A program made the position numbers and the translations under genes. Below, piece by piece: positions 1 to 14,080 of a stretch of DNA of 64,000 bases (position 1 is its first letter; every line of letters begins with the position of its first letter). The notes under the pieces were generated by a model that saw only the letters and a list, made by a program, of their open reading frames with translations, made no database searches and had not been told where the DNA came from. The DNA is from Rhina ancylostomus (lineage: Eukaryota). The stretch is from positions 115,741,730-115,805,729 of the forward strand of contig JARFYF010000001.1 of the NCBI GenBank assembly GCA_030265395.1. The letters are read 5' to 3'.

Positions 1-560
1 ATGGCAGCCCGTTCCACACTCCCACCCCTCTGAGTGAAGAAGTTCCCCCTAAACCTTTCCCCTTTCACCCTAAAGCCATGTCCTCTCGTACTTATCTCTC
101 CTCATCTAGGTAGAATGATCCGACTGGCATTTACTCTGTCTATACCCCTCAAAATTTTGTAAACCTCCATCAAATCTCCCCTCATTCTTCTACGCTCCAA
201 GGAATAAAGTCCTAACCTGTTCAACCTTTCCCTGTAACTCAGCTCCTGAAGACCCGGCAACATTCTTAGTAAATCTTCTCTACACTCTTTCAATCTTACC
301 GATATCCTTCCTATAGTTAGGTGACCAGAACTCCACACAATACTCCAAATTTAGCCACACCAATGTCGTATACAACCTCACCATAACATCCCAACTCCTA
401 TACTCAATACTTTAATTTATGAATGCCAGAATGCCAAAAGCCTTCTTTACAACTCTGTCTACCTGCGACGCCACTTTTAGGGAATCATGTACCTGAATTC
501 CCAAATCCCTTTGTTCCTCCGTACTCCTCAGTGCCCTACCATTCACTGCGTATGTCCTAC
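1..560 (-). mobile_element. CR1-like LINE, 3' part of ORF2
   Basis: Minus-strand frames QRDLGIQVHDSLKVASQVDRVVKKAFGILAFI and LSYRERLNRLGLYSLERRRMRGDLMEVYKIL are typical of the CR1 ORF2 C-terminus. Confidence 0.85.
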
Positions 561-929
561 TCTGACCAAATTGGGAAGGATGTTGAAAGCTTTGGAGAGA
601 AGGTAGAGATTTACAACAATAAATGTGTACTCCATCCACTACTGGCACACTGTGGCTGCAGTGTGTATTACCTAAAATGCATTGCAGTTACTCCCTAAGG
701 CCTCTTCAACAGCACCTCCCAAATCCACGACCTTGTCATTCTAGAAAGAAAAGTACAATACATATTTGGGAACACCAACACTAACTCCCCCTTCAAGTTT
801 CAAACCATTTGGACTTATAAATGTATCATTGTTCCTTCAATGCAGCCAGATCAAAATACTTCCAAACAACACTTACACCTCATCAACTGGTTCAAAGTGG
901 TGGTTTAACACCAACTTCTGAAGGCTCTC

Positions 930-1335
930 ACTGTCTTGGTGAAGCAGCCAGCATAATCAAAGACCCCACCCACCAAGGTCATTCTCTCTTCTCTCCTCTT
1001 CCATTGGGTAGAAGATACAGGAGCCTGGGGGCACGTACCACCAGACTTAAGGACAGCTTCTACCCCACTGTGCTAAGACTATTGAACGGTTCCTTTATAT
1101 GATAAGATAGAGTATGACCTCACGATCTACCTTGTTGTGACCTTGCACCTTATTGCACTGCATTTTTTTTTGTAGCTGTGACACTTTACTGTTATTGTTT
1201 TTACCTGTTCTACATCAATGCACTTTGTACTAACTCAATGTAACTATACTGTGTAATGAATTGACCTGTACGATCAGTTTGTAAGACAAGCTTTTCACTG
1301 TACCTCTGTACAAGTGACAATAATAAACTAATACT
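930..1335 (+). mobile_element. Rex1/Babar-like LINE 3' fragment
   Basis: AASIIKDPTHQGHSLFSPLPLGRRYRSLGARTTRLKDSFYPTVLRLLN, then a 3' UTR ending gtgacaataataaac. Confidence 0.7.
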
Positions 1336-1637
1336 GATTCTTGAGTCCAGCCAACAAATGGCTTTGACAAATTAACTGAGGGCTAATATCATGAGCTGTT
1401 GAAGTTAATCAACATGTTTCTAAAGGGGAGGTGCATAGTGACTGCAATGGGTGCTGGTCACCATGCAGGAAGTGAATCTTATCAGGGAAACTTTGAAGAA
1501 TGGAACCAAATGTTATCTGATGCAATATCTTTAAAAGCTGATTTTTTTTGAAGGATGTGCAAGGAAAGATGGCCTGTATCTACAGGAAGATCTGCAGGCA
1601 CAAATTGAGAGGAGGCCTGAAAATCCAGATGCAGAGT

Positions 1638-1960
1638 GTGGCACAGTGCAGCAACCCATGTTCCATCCTGATCTCCAGTGCTGTCTCTATGATGTTTGTA
1701 TGTTTTCCATGTGACTGTATGTGTCTCCCCCCAAGTGCTCTGGTTTCCTCCCATATCTCAAAGATGTATGGGTTGGCAAGGTGATTGCTCACTAATCTAC
1801 AGCTAATTTTGAGGTGATGGGTAGAATGTTTGTGGCGGGGGGGCGGGGTGGTTGTTGGTGAGAGTATGAGGAGAATAGATTACAGAGCAAGGTGTGGGGG
1901 TGGAAATGGGATTGGTTTGTGAGCCAGCACAAACTTTTATGGCTGAATGACTCCTAATGT
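1638..1960 (+). mobile_element. Degenerate V-SINE (HE1-like)
   Basis: Decayed tRNA head and V-core-like gtgctctggtttcctcccatatctcaaaga; similar to the copies at 49132 and 62443. Confidence 0.6.
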
Positions 1961-2589
1961 TGTAAGGAAATATGGAGAAGGCCCCAAGTTTAATGACTTA
2001 TTGAAATCAAATCCTATGTTCTGCCACACTTTAACACTTGGATGTTGACACTGCACTGGGTGAATGACAAAGTGGTGGGTGCTGCATTTTGTGGACAGCA
2101 AGCATGAAGATCCAGCAGAGACTGTGAAATAGCACACATCAATTTGCCAGAAGGTTAGGCTGCACAGCAGTTTTGCTGCAAAGGACCCATATGAGGACTT
2201 CACTAGGCCAGGGCACAAAGGTTTGAGTATGTATATTGGGAAGCCAGAAGATCAGGAAGGAGTCCAGCACTTACTGAGCACAGGGCACTACTTGGAGATC
2301 TTTTTCTAGCATGGGAATGGTGACCAGCTCCATTAACATAATGCTTGATGATTAATGTAGTGTTAGTAGCAGTTAGTCAAAAACTAACATTCAGGTTCAG
2401 CTTACTGCTGTGTAAACTATCAATACTGTCGCTGTGACTGTGGATTAGTTGCAAAGGGACTTGCAGGATGTCACCCTGTCCAGAAATTTGTAGAAACAAT
2501 GCTAAGTTGGCATGCAAAAATATAAAAGTAATTGGCTATTTCAGTAAAATAGCTGATCATTTTGCTGTGCTGTTTTCCTGTACCAAACA

Positions 2590-3870
2590 AACTTAGCTTG
2601 ATTTCCATAATATCCAAAAATCGATTGATCTGATTTGAATATACCCAGCNNNNNNNNNNNNNNNNNNNNNNNNNNNNNNNNNNNNNNNNNNNNNNNNNNN
2701 NNNNNNNNNNNNNNNNNNNNNNNNNNNNNNNNNNNNNNNNNNNNNNNNNACTTATCTTGATTTCCATAATATCCAAAAATCTATTGATCTGATTTGAATA
2801 TACCCAGCAACTGAGCCTCCATTGCTCTCTTGAGCAGAGAATTTATGAAGAATCACTGCCTTCTAGATGAAACATTTTTGTCCTGAGTAGCCAACCCCTT
2901 ATTTTGAGACACTGATTCCTGGCTCTTGATGCCCCAGCCAGAGGAAATGTAATCCCTGCATCTCCCCTATGAAGCACCTTAAGACATTGATATGTTTGAT
3001 TAAGATCACCTCTCATAAACTCTAGAGACTGTAGGCCCTGTCTGCTCAACCTGTATGACATTATCCATCCAAGGATTCAACCTGGTCAACCTTTCCTCCA
3101 CTCCCTCTGTTGCAAATTTAGATAGTGAGCAGAATAGTCTGTAATATTTCAGTTTGTCTATAATTGGAGAAATACTTCTCTACTTTTGTATTCAAATCCT
3201 TTGCAATAAAGACCAACATAAAATTTGCCTTGCTCAATGTGCCTGTTTGTAAATGGGGGCATCCAAGTCTGTCTGAACACCAACAACTTTCAATCCATTA
3301 CTTAAATCCTCATCCTTTCTGTTTTTATTGTGGAAGTGCATGGCCTCACATAATTTCACTGTCTACTATGTCCTTGCCCATTTATTTAACCCATTTACAT
3401 CCCCTTGTATTTCTGTCCTCATGGCTGACACTGCTACTAGTTTTGTATCTTCAGCAAATTTGGATATATTGTACTTGCTCCTATAATGACATAAGGAGGG
3501 GTTAGGTCATTTGACCCTTTATACCTGCTTTACCATTCCATAAAATCGTGGCTTACCTTTACCTCTGTGCCATTTCCTTCATTAACCTCCATATACCTTG
3601 ATTGCCTTAATATCCAAAAATCTCTGTTTCTGTCTTGGATATACTAAGCCTGCAGAGCTTTGTTGGAGAATCTCTGTTCATCACCCACTAAAGAAATTTC
3701 TTCTTATCTCTGTACAAAATGGCCAAACTTTTTTATTTTGAGTCTGGCCCCTGGTTCTAGACAGCCCAGGCAGGGGAAATATCAGCTGCTCATCTACCCT
3801 CTGAAACCTCTGAAGAATTTTGTGACTTTCAGTGAGATTACCCCTCATTCTAGTCTGCTTGATCTTTCCA
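2590..3870 (-). mobile_element. Degenerate CR1-like LINE 3' fragments
   Basis: Frame SLEFMRGDLNQTYQCLKVLHRGDAGITFPLAGASRARNQCLKIRG plus CR1-like 3' UTR pieces; boundaries approximate. Confidence 0.65.
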
Positions 3871-4559
3871 TCATAACAAACTCCTCATCCAGTTTATTAA
3901 TATAAACTCTGAAATCTGGGGCCCATCACCTCATGAGTAGGTTTGAAGCTCATAGTGCATTTGGTTGAATATGGCATTTGAAGTTAATGAGCTTAACCAG
4001 TCATCATTTAAGTTATTTTGGTTATGGCTGCCCAACCTGAAAATGATATGCTTCCAATAATCAATCTTATCTCCAATACTATGCCTTTTTAATTTTCTAT
4101 AATAATCACTTCTGTGGAACAGTTGCATTATATCAACAATTTACCCTGGGCTATGCTGCCAATTGTAACCTCAGAACTGATAAGGTTGTCATGTGGATTT
4201 ATGAAAAGGATATCAGATTGACTCTCTCAAATCCTATTATTATTTTCCATATGCCCTGTTACCACTACCTTGTAAAAAAAAGATTCTAGCATTTTTTCCT
4301 AGTACAATATATATAATTCAGCCTGACATTAGTTTGTTCCGTTTTCTACCTCCCACTGCTATTAAATGTTCAGGTGGTGATAATGGCTGCATAGGTCATG
4401 CACCTATCTTTCTTTCACCTATTCTTTCCACCTCTGCAATTCTCTGTCCTCTTTCTGTCAGATGACCAGTTTAGTGTGAGATGGTGCAACCTACAACTAT
4501 ATCCTTTAGGCTGTTTATCTTCCAAAACCATCTGTTGATGCAGCTGCTTCAGGAAACTA

Positions 4560-5770
4560 GGTTAATTAACTTGACTGTCATAGGAAAGTTGTTAAAAGTA
4601 TAATAACAAGGCATTTAGAAAAGCTAAAAGTAATTAGGCAAACCTAGCGGGGTTTGTGAATGGGAAGTAGTGTTTGATCAATTTATTGGACTTGCCCGTC
4701 ACATGTCACTTCATTTATTTAAAAAGAAATAAAAGTTCATGGTAGAGGGGGCAACATATTGCCATGGATTAAAAAAAATAAGTTGACCAACAAAAAAACA
4801 GAAGTCAAAAATGGATATTTTTCTGGTTCAAGATGTAATGAGTGGTATACCACAGGATCAATTTTATAGTGAATAATGAAGACATCATGAATGGTTGTTA
4901 AATTTGCTGATGACAAAAAGTGAAGAAAGTAGTTTGTGAAAAAGATGCAAAGAGGCTACAAATTAATATAAATACAAGTTAAGTGAGTGAGCAAAGATTG
5001 ACAAATGGAGTACAATATGGGAAAATATGGAAGTATCTATATTTTCAGGAAAACTACAGTGGTGAGAGATTGCAAAGCTCTGATCTGCAGGAGGATATGG
5101 GTGTCGTAATGAATGATTGCAAAAGGCTATTGCAAACATGCCACAAGTATTCAGGGAAAGCTAATGATGTTGTTATCTATTTCAAAGGAAATTGAATACC
5201 AAAATAGGTTATGCTTCAATTATTAAGGATTCATGAGACCACATCTGGAATATAGCATATAGTATTTTTCTCTTCATTTAAGGAAGGATGTTAATGTATT
5301 GGAAGCAGTTTGGAGAAGGTTTATTGGACTGATACCTAGGCTGAACAAGATGGCTGTCCTATGAGGAAAGGTTGGACAGACAAGGTTAGCATACTTGAAT
5401 TTGGAACAGTGAACTAACTTGACAGAAACACATAAGGTCCCAAAGGCCTTGATGGTGAATGTGCAGAAGATGTTCCCTCTTCTGGAAGAATCTAGAAAAA
5501 GGGGTCACTAGTTTAAAAATAAGTGGCTACCCATTTGAGATAGACTAGATTTTTTTTGTCTGAGGATCATGAAACACTTATTCAAAAGGGAGTGGAAGCA
5601 GAGTCTTTTAATATTTTTAAGGTGGAAGTAAGTAGATACTTGAGAAGCAAGGGGTAAAATATCACACAGGTGGGTAAGAATGCAGAGTAGAAGTTAAAAT
5701 CAGGGCAGCTATGATTTTAAATGGCAGAGCAGGCTTGGGCCATGTGGCTCATTTATGGTCTTAATATGTA
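4560..5770 (+). mobile_element. Degenerate CR1-like LINE (RT to 3' end)
   Basis: Remnants gtggtataccacaggatca (GxPQGS), aaatttgctgatgac (KFADD), agaccacatctggaa (RPHLE); many stops. Confidence 0.75.
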
Positions 5771-7856
5771 TGTTCATATGATGCCAACTGCATAGCAACA
5801 ACATTCTTTGCCAGCTAGTGGGAGAATATTGCATAGAAGCATGACTTGCAAATCCACATGTCAGGTACCAAGGGAATTTAAGTGTGATTTAGTTTGCCCG
5901 TTGTAGACATGTAACATGAGTTAATTTTCAGAACTTGACTTGAATCACTTAGTTTTATGCTGGTTATTATTTTTGTATAGTGTTCCTGTGGATACTGGTC
6001 AGTGACAAAAAAGATATAGAACAGGACAGTTGATTGGAGAATTGGGGTAATGGTTACTGGATGGTCTTATTGCAATGTGTACCAGACGGGCTCTCTAGAT
6101 TGCTGCTCCTCAGCTTTTGTTTTTACATTGGAATGCCGGGGAAATGGGTGTTTTAAAAACTGACTTCTCTTGACCAGTGCTATGAGAGAGATTAATACTT
6201 GTAAAACAAAAATTAATTAGTTTTTAATTGTCAGGCTTCTGACTAGCACAGAAATGTACTGTTAACTGACATTTACTATCCAATTATAGCAGGATAAACA
6301 CTGCTGACTGTGTCGTGGAACGACACCATTGAAGTTTGTTATGCTAACATCAGAATAGCTTGATAGTAAATACAGAACTATCTTCCTAAGACTTTTCTAT
6401 CAGCTAGTACATTCCTGGTTCTTTATCTCCTTTTGTAGAATGTGAACACTGCTTGTTAAACTAGGAATGTGAACTTGGAACATTGTGTCCTGACAACACG
6501 TGAATCTCAAAAATGTTAATCTGCATTCCCTTCAATACTAAATCATTTCAAGGACACCTTCAAACACTGGCAGTTGTATTTGGTTTTGGAATGGCTTACC
6601 ACACTATGTTTTCTGATGCCCTTATAATTTAAGAAACTTTTGCAGTTGAGTTCTATCTTATTTTATGGAACCAGATGAAGAGTCTAGACCAAAAAAAGTT
6701 GACCCTCCGCAAATGTTGCCTGACCCGCTGATTTTCTCCAGCACCTTTTTATTGTTCCAGATTCAAGTATCTGCAATCTCTTGTCTTTCCATATTAGTTG
6801 AATTTTTTGAATGTCATGCCATTGTCAATATACTTTGATTTAATTCCATAAGTCTAGCTCCATTGTATTTTCTGTCCTTTTCGGGCTGGTGACATTTTAG
6901 ATGTAATATTAAGAGAGAAAGTCAAAGTTATATAAAAACAAAAACGATTAACCTCTGCTATACCTGTTACCTGCAATGAAAATAAGGATGTTTATCTAAA
7001 GATCCACTGTGAGAATGTTTTAAGGTGACTGGAAATTTGGCCAAAGAACCCCATTTTAGTTTCTGCAAGATTTCCTCTTTTTCAGTAAAGGACTGAAAAA
7101 GGAAATATTCTCCTGCAGTGGGTTGTTTTAACAGGTGCTAGCATTTATCTACCATCATACCTCAACAACTTTCATGTTCATACTGTAGTAGTAAGTCACC
7201 TGTGAAGAACAAATTCTTGAATCCAGCCTTGCATTTGCATGATATTTGTGTGCACACACTCCAGTAGAAGTCAGTTTTTCCACTGTAGTTGCAGTGATGC
7301 TAGTTGATCTTTTTCCTTCTGTCCTTGTCCAAACAAGTATCCTGATGCTGACTGTAGAACCACTGCTGTTACTTGACTTAACATCACACTACTCAACACA
7401 GACAAGTTAGTCTTCCGAGCTCAAATTTATCAATAATGGGGCATTCTTTCATTGAGATAGATAACCTCATTTTTGTGGATATTATCAGTTATTAACTTAA
7501 AATTAGCAAGCATCATCCTACAGCTATGTTATTAATCTGAGCAACTTTTAATTGAGTTGCAAATGTTTATCATTGTATATATTAAAAAAAATTTGATCAG
7601 AATCCAATGATTTAATTTTTTTTAAATGTTAGTAAATGAAAAGTCAAAACTCCATTGGTAGTTAAGGAGCTTGAACATTTTGATTATTGAACATGCATTT
7701 GGAATAAAATATTAAGTGACAAAGTAGCAGGAAATCATAATGCATGAACAATTGGTTATGAGCTGATCTTGTGATAGGAAATTATGTTTAAAATCTTGTT
7801 TAGTAGCAAGAGTTAAATAACTTCTAGACTTCTAACAATTTCCTTTAACGCCATAG

Positions 7857-7958
7857 GGTGGTAATCCTCGGGTAGAGATGACCCTTTCAGAGCTGCAAGA
7901 AATGGCTTCAAGACAGCAACATCAGATTGAGGCCCAGCAACAGATGTTGGTTGCCAAG
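7857..7958 (+). CDS. PPP1R13B: ASPP1 coding exon ([34 protein letters not shown])
   Basis: Acceptor ccatag, donor AAG|gtagaa, 102 nt, phase 0-0. Confidence 0.93.
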
Positions 7959-8439
7959 GTAGAAATTTAAAGATTTTTGACAAATCTANNNNNNNNNNNN
8001 NNNNNNNNNNNNNNNNNNNNNNNNNNNNNNNNNNNNNNNNNNNNNNNNNNNNNNNNNNNNNNNNNNNNNNNNNNNNNNNNNNNNNNNNACAAATCTAACT
8101 GAATACATCCTAAAGAAACAACCTTTATGGGAAATATTTAATTTACTGTAAATCATTCTGTATTGATATTTAGTTATAAAGTAAATTATTTTGTGACATT
8201 TTAACAAAAAGATAGCTTAAGATCGTGAAAGTATTCTTCCATCATCTAAAATGCTTTCACAGATTTCTCAACAGAGTTAACTTCTCCTTTTATAACATTT
8301 CGCTTTGATTTTTACACAGTAGGTTATCACAAATTGGGATCCACCCATTCTTGCACTTCAGATGTCATTACAGCTCCTTTGGTTTAATACTTTTTTGGCT
8401 GTTCAACAGTTTGCTCTCAAAACAATAGCTATTCCAGTC

Positions 8440-10375
8440 TTAGAATGGAGGATTGCTAATGTTATTCATTTGTTTAAGAAGGGTAGGAGGGGTAAGTCAG
8501 ATAACTAAAGACCAATGAACCTTGTGTCAGTGGTAGGGAAACTATTGGAGAAAATCCAATGGGATAGAATTTATGTACATTCTGGGATATAGTCAGCATG
8601 GTTTTGTACAGGGGAAATCCTGTCTCACTAATTTGAGTTTTTTGAAGAAATAAGAAGACTGATGAAAGCAGGGCAGTAGACGTTGTCTGTATGGACTTTA
8701 GTAAGGCATTTGACGAGGTCCCTACATGATGGATGGTCCAGAAGGTTAAGGCACATGAGATCCAAGGTGAGCTGGCTACTTGGATCCAAAATTTACTTGG
8801 TAATAGAATAGAGGATAGTGGTGGAGGGATGCTTTTCTGATTGGATGTCTGTGACCAATGGTGTGCTGCAACCCTTATTGCTTGTGCTACATGGAATAAT
8901 GTGTGCAGTTCTTGTCACTGCACTATATGAAGCAAACGAAAACCACCAGCTTTAGTGTCATCCACAGACTTACTAATCATATCTCTTACATGCACATTAG
9001 GTTATTAATATGTCACCATAGTCAGCCCAGTTTTCCTCTATCAGAGACATCACCCCTCTCCCTTCCCTGCAGTTTAACAAGTTTCTTTTGTCTCTTCCTC
9101 CCGTTTTGACAAAGGGGCTTCGACTTGAAACATTAGCTCTGTTTCTCTTCCCACAGGTGCGGTTTGACCTCCTGAGTATTTCCAGCATTTTCAGTTTTTA
9201 TTTGTAGGAAGGATGTGGTTGTGTTAGATACAGTGCAGAGGAGATTCACCAGGATGTTGTCAGAACTTTTATTTACAGGAGAGGTTGGATAGGCTGGGCT
9301 TGTTTTCCCTGGAACAAAGGAGGCTGAGGGGTGACCTGATAGAGGTATATAAAATTATAAGTGGGATAGATACAGTAGATAGTTTGAATCTTTTCCCGAA
9401 GGTGGGGGGTATCAAAAGTAAACGTTGGGCCATTCAAACTATCGAGTCCACCATTCGATCATGGCTCACTTTATTTTTCCCTGTCAACTCCATTCTCCTG
9501 CCTTCTCCCCATAACTTTTGATGCCCTTTAATAATCAAGAACCTCTCAACCGCAGCTTTAAATATACCCAATGACTTGGCCTTCACAGCTGTCTGTGGCA
9601 ATGAATTCCACAGATTCACCACCCTCTGGCTAAAGAAATTCCTCCTCATCTGTCTTAAAGGGATACCCTTCTATTCTGAGGCTATGCCCTCTGGTCCTAT
9701 ACTCTCTCACTACTGGAAACATCATCTCCACGTCCACTCTATCCAGGCCTTTCAATATTTTGTAGGTTTCAATGAGATTCTCCCTCTCATCCTTCTAAAC
9801 TCCAGCGAGTACACACCCAGAGCCATCAGGTGCTCCTTGCATGTTAAGCCTTTCATCCCTGGGATCATTCTCGTAAACCTCCAGTGGACCATCTCCAATG
9901 CCAGCACATCCTTCATTTGATACAGGGCTCAAAACTGCTCATGATACTCCAAATGTGGTCTGACCAATGCCATATAAAGCCTCAGCATTATATCCTTGCT
10001 AGTCCTCTCGTAATGAATGCTAACATTGCCTTTGCCTTCCCTACTACTGACTCAGCCTGCAAGTTAACCGATTAGGGAATCCTGCACTAGGACTCAAGTC
10101 CCTTTGCGCCTCCAATTTCTGAACTCTCTCTCCATTTAGAAAATAGTCTACACGCATTTATTCCTTCTACCAAAGTACATGACCATACACTTCCTTATGC
10201 TGTATTCCATACAATCACTACATTTAAGAGACATTTAGATAGGCACTTAAATAGGCAAAACCTAGAAGGATATGGATATAATGTGGGTAAGTGGAACTAT
10301 TTTAGATCGGAAAAAGGGTTGAGATTGGATAAGGTGGGCTGAAGGGCCCGTATCTCTGCAGTACAATTCTATGAC
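8440..10375 (+). mobile_element. CR1-like LINE remnant interrupted by a PLE-derived piece (about 8940-9200) and an opposite-strand CR1 (about 9425-10210)
   Basis: tggaggattgctaatgtt (WRIANV), atggactttagtaaggcatttgac (MDFSKAFD), LDRLGLFSLEQRRLRGDLIEVYKI; the tail resumes near 10212. Confidence 0.75.
9425..10210 (-). mobile_element. CR1-like LINE 3' fragment
   Basis: MRRNFFSQRVVNLWNSLPQTAVKAKSLGIFKAAVERFL, the CR1 ORF2 C-terminus. Confidence 0.85.
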
Positions 10376-11970
10376 TGAGATTCCAGTTCATGTTTTGCTG
10401 CTTTTAAGGAAGTGCTGACTGATGACCAGACCCTCCCTCTCAAGAAGAATGAGAGAATTGGATATCTAATTCACGTTGGTACTCCTTGCACTTTCCAGTT
10501 TCTTTAATTTTAGAGATGACCCAGGAGCAGATTGCCCTTCTTTCAATCTGTTATGTGGATGCCATAAGAGTNNNNNNNCATTGGACTGAAACTAAATATA
10601 TGTAAATTATGTGCATCTTCAACAATGATAACTAGCCAGGAGTATAATTGTGTAAGAATTCTATTAGCATGATACTTTGAATGTATCCTGCTGCTCATTA
10701 GGAGGTGTTTTAGTTCATTTACATAGCAGAAACTCAACACTGAGACACTCTAAACTGAAATCACCTTGCCTCATCCCCATACACCAAAAGAGCATTGTGA
10801 AGTATGCTGTCTTGAGATCATTATCTGCGAAATACGGCTTCCCTTACAGGGTCTGTCTGTTTATAGTGGGGAAACTTAATAAATCCAGGAGGAAATATTT
10901 GAAAATGGCTTGGATATGCAGAGGAACTGCTGGTGTATTGAAGAAAAGTTCCATTGTGGCTGTCTAAGAGCAATTGAAAGTAAAATTTAAATGCAAGTAT
11001 CACCTGCCGTTAATAATGTATTGCAAATAGAGGAAATCTGTTTGGACAAAATTAGAAAGAAATAATTCCTCATCACAAGGTGATTCTTCTCCAAGTCATT
11101 ATTTTCAACAGGATTTAGTTGTACATATCCCTTTCAAGATTTACTGAATGAGTGATAGTTTAATGCTGTCTTTCCTCAATAATCCAATTATTTAATTCCA
11201 AATATCTTATCTTTTTAAGTATTTTACTGTGATACATTTGTCAATCACATGACCTGTTCTAAAACTTGTAATATGGTCTGCCTCAATGTTCCTTGGAGAG
11301 CGAAAGATATGGAAGAAAGGTTCAGCATCTTGGCCTAGGCTAGTTAAGGGAGATCTTTACCTATTTTTAATTATTTGACTGTGACAAACTTCCCAATCAT
11401 ATGAAGATCACTAAGATTTTTTCAGTAGCTATTTGCTTTTCCTCCTTCCTTGCCTTCCCCTACAGTCCCCTCCTTTCCTTTTTTTTCCCTCTCTTTTTTT
11501 CCCCCTCCCTTCCCCATACTGCTCAAAACCAATCAGCATCCCAGCTTTCAATACATAGACTGCTTCCACTGATTTACAGAAGGAAAGGAGAACCAAAAGA
11601 GAGGAATTGAAGCTTCAGAGGGAGGTGAAAGTACATCAAAGCATTTGGTGATTGAAAAATGTAAAAATCTGAAAGCTTTCTTCTTGACTGCCAATAATAC
11701 TGTTACCATAATCTGATACATGGCACAAGATATATTGGGTTATTTTGGAAGAAATATAACACTTCTTGCTCTGTGGTTTGGATAATTTGTAATATGTCCA
11801 TTGAAAACTAATAAATTGGATTTTTGGTTACCGGAAAGTTCAAGCTTTCAAATTTCCATTTAGCTTTAAGGTTCTCAAGTTTAAATCTACTAATTGATGC
11901 AAAATGATACTTATTGCCTGGACAACTTCAATAAAAATGGATAATTATCACGTTTATCCTTCCTCAAAAG

Positions 11971-12145
11971 GAGCAGCGTTTACGTTATCTGAAACAACAA
12001 GAAAGGCGCCAGCAGCAGTCCATTTCAGAAAGTGACAAATTACAAAAACTAAAAGAACGAATGGAGAGCCAGGAAGCAAAGCTGAAGAAGATACGAGCTA
12101 TGCGAGGACAGGTGGACTACAGTAAAATCATAAATGGCAATCTTT
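11971..12145 (+). CDS. PPP1R13B: ASPP1 coding exon, coiled coil ([20 protein letters not shown]...[12 protein letters not shown])
   Basis: Acceptor caaaag, donor T|gtgcgt, 175 nt, phase 0-1. Confidence 0.93.
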
Positions 12146-13608
12146 GTGCGTATTCAAAATTTCAAAAAAATTTTCTCCCGAAGAATGAATTAAGATGCGT
12201 TAGGAAGTGCTAATTTGTAATAGTTCAGGATCTTGCTTTTACCACAATCTTTGACCTGGGTTGATCTTGTTGATCTAAAGTAGCTTTCCATCTAATTACT
12301 TTCTCTACCCTCTTTCAATAATCTTTTAATGTTTTAGTTTTCAAATGTCTGCTTTTAAAATAATTAGGGGTTTTGTTTCTACGTTGGGCTGAATCGTGAT
12401 GGTCCTCATCTGTGCCTCTCCATCACAGATGAGGGATGCCCACAATCACACTCGCTTTTTGTAGCCATGAAGCTCCCAATGGACTGTTGGCATTGCTGCT
12501 GCCCTTTCACAAGATGGAGTGGTCCCCCAACAATGACTAGGTTGCTGGTAGTAAAAATTCTGATTTAAAGACATTTAGAAACTGTTGTAAAACATTTTAT
12601 TGTTTTAAGTTACATTAAAAAAAACTAAGCCCCATTCAACCTGTAAATTAATTTAAAGCTTTTTTTTAAGAAAACTGCCTTGGTGACTCCATTCAAATGG
12701 TGGGGGCTGCGCTAGGTATGTCAGGTATGGTGTAAGATTGTGGGGCCAAAAACTCTTGGGTGGAAGAATCAAGGGAACTGAGCATGTATATTCGTCTTTG
12801 AAGTTGGCTGGGTAATTTAGTGTAGCAGTTTTTAAAAAAAATTACAAGGAGTATTTCATTTCTAAATATGAACACGATACATAAGTCAAGGGAGTCAACC
12901 TAAACCTGTGACTCTCTGGTTCCTCTGGGGTGAGATATTCTGCATAGTTCTGTGTAGGATGTTCAGGGTTTGGGGGAAGGCACAAGGTGACTTTGTTATG
13001 TGAGTTGGATAACTGAAGTTGCTATCCAAGAGAAGGTTAAGGGAATGCAGCAGTTTTTTTAAAAAAAAGCTTGTAAGTTAAGGAGTCTTGGTGGAGCAAG
13101 TAAAAAAAATTGTTTCTTCTAGTAATCAGAGGTCCAATTTTAAATAATTTTTAAAAAGACCAGAAGGAAGCTGAGAATTCTCTTCATGTAAATGGTTAAG
13201 TTCTGCAATGCACTACACAAAAGCATATTGGGAGCAGATTCCACTGAAACTTTCAAAAGGCAGTTTTGCATTTACATGAAGAGAACTAATTTGCAGGAGG
13301 GTGGTAAATAGCCTCAATGTTGGTCTAAATTAAACAGCTTTTTCAGTGAATCAGCACAAACATATTAGCCAGATGAAGACCTACAGAATGGTATGAATCT
13401 GTGAATATAAGTCATTTCTTATAGCTTTTCAGTGCAAAGCTGTTTAAAAGAACAAAACCAAAGTCTCCTCTGTTTCCCCTCTACCTTGTATTGCAGTTTG
13501 ATACTTTCCCTACTAATAATTGCCAAAGTGAAATTTAAATAATTGCAGCAGATTTTAACAGTTGCATATTCACAGGTCTCAAGTTTCTTTTAACTTTTCT
13601 TTTTCTAG

Positions 13609-13805
13609 CAGCTGAAATTGAGCACATTAATACTATGTTTCATGAGAAGCAGCGGGAATTACAGTCAGCTGTATTGAAAGTTGATCAACTAACCCAGCAA
13701 CTCGATGACCTGAGGAAAGGGAAAACAAATGGGTTGCATTCTTACAATGGTCAAGTGTCAGGTCCTGCTGCACTTGAATTAAAGAAGCTATATCAGGAGC
13801 TGCAG
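13609..13805 (+). CDS. PPP1R13B: ASPP1 coding exon ([19 protein letters not shown]...[10 protein letters not shown])
   Basis: Pyrimidine tract then tag acceptor, donor CAG|gtgaag, 197 nt, phase 1-0; overlaps track ORF 13635-13823. Confidence 0.93.
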
Positions 13806-13869
13806 GTGAAGTACATAAAATGAACTCAATCCTTGTAATACTATATTTGTCATCCAAGCAAAAATTCAG

Positions 13870-14080
13870 TTATAGAAAATGTTGGGGCTTCTCAACAGGT
13901 CATCATCATCTGTGGAGAGGGAAGCAGAGTTAATGTTTCATGTCATTGACACTCATAAGATGAAGCACCATTGACCTGAAACGTTAACTCCATTTCTCTC
14001 GTCACTTCTGAATGACCTGCTGAGTATCCCAACACTTTGTTTATATGTAAAGTTTCCAGCATCGCAATTCTTTGCATTTC
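13870..14080. mobile_element. Palindromic PLE-terminal-repeat-derived short element
   Basis: Left arm (caggtc...tctgtggagagggaagcagagttaatgtttca) is the imperfect reverse complement of the right arm (tgaaacgttaactccatttctctc...tgacctgctgagtat). Confidence 0.65.

Noticed and set aside
2590-2810. About 58-bp direct repeat on both sides of a 100-N gap
   Set aside because: Near-identical sequence abutting a placeholder gap is most likely unmerged contig overlap.
5981-6046. AG...GT segment considered as the preceding ASPP1 exon
   Set aside because: In-frame TAG at 6017-6019 in the required phase and no similarity to ASPP1.
6311-6328. 7-bp perfect hairpin gtgtcgt-gga-acgacac
   Set aside because: Too short; expected by chance in 64 kb.
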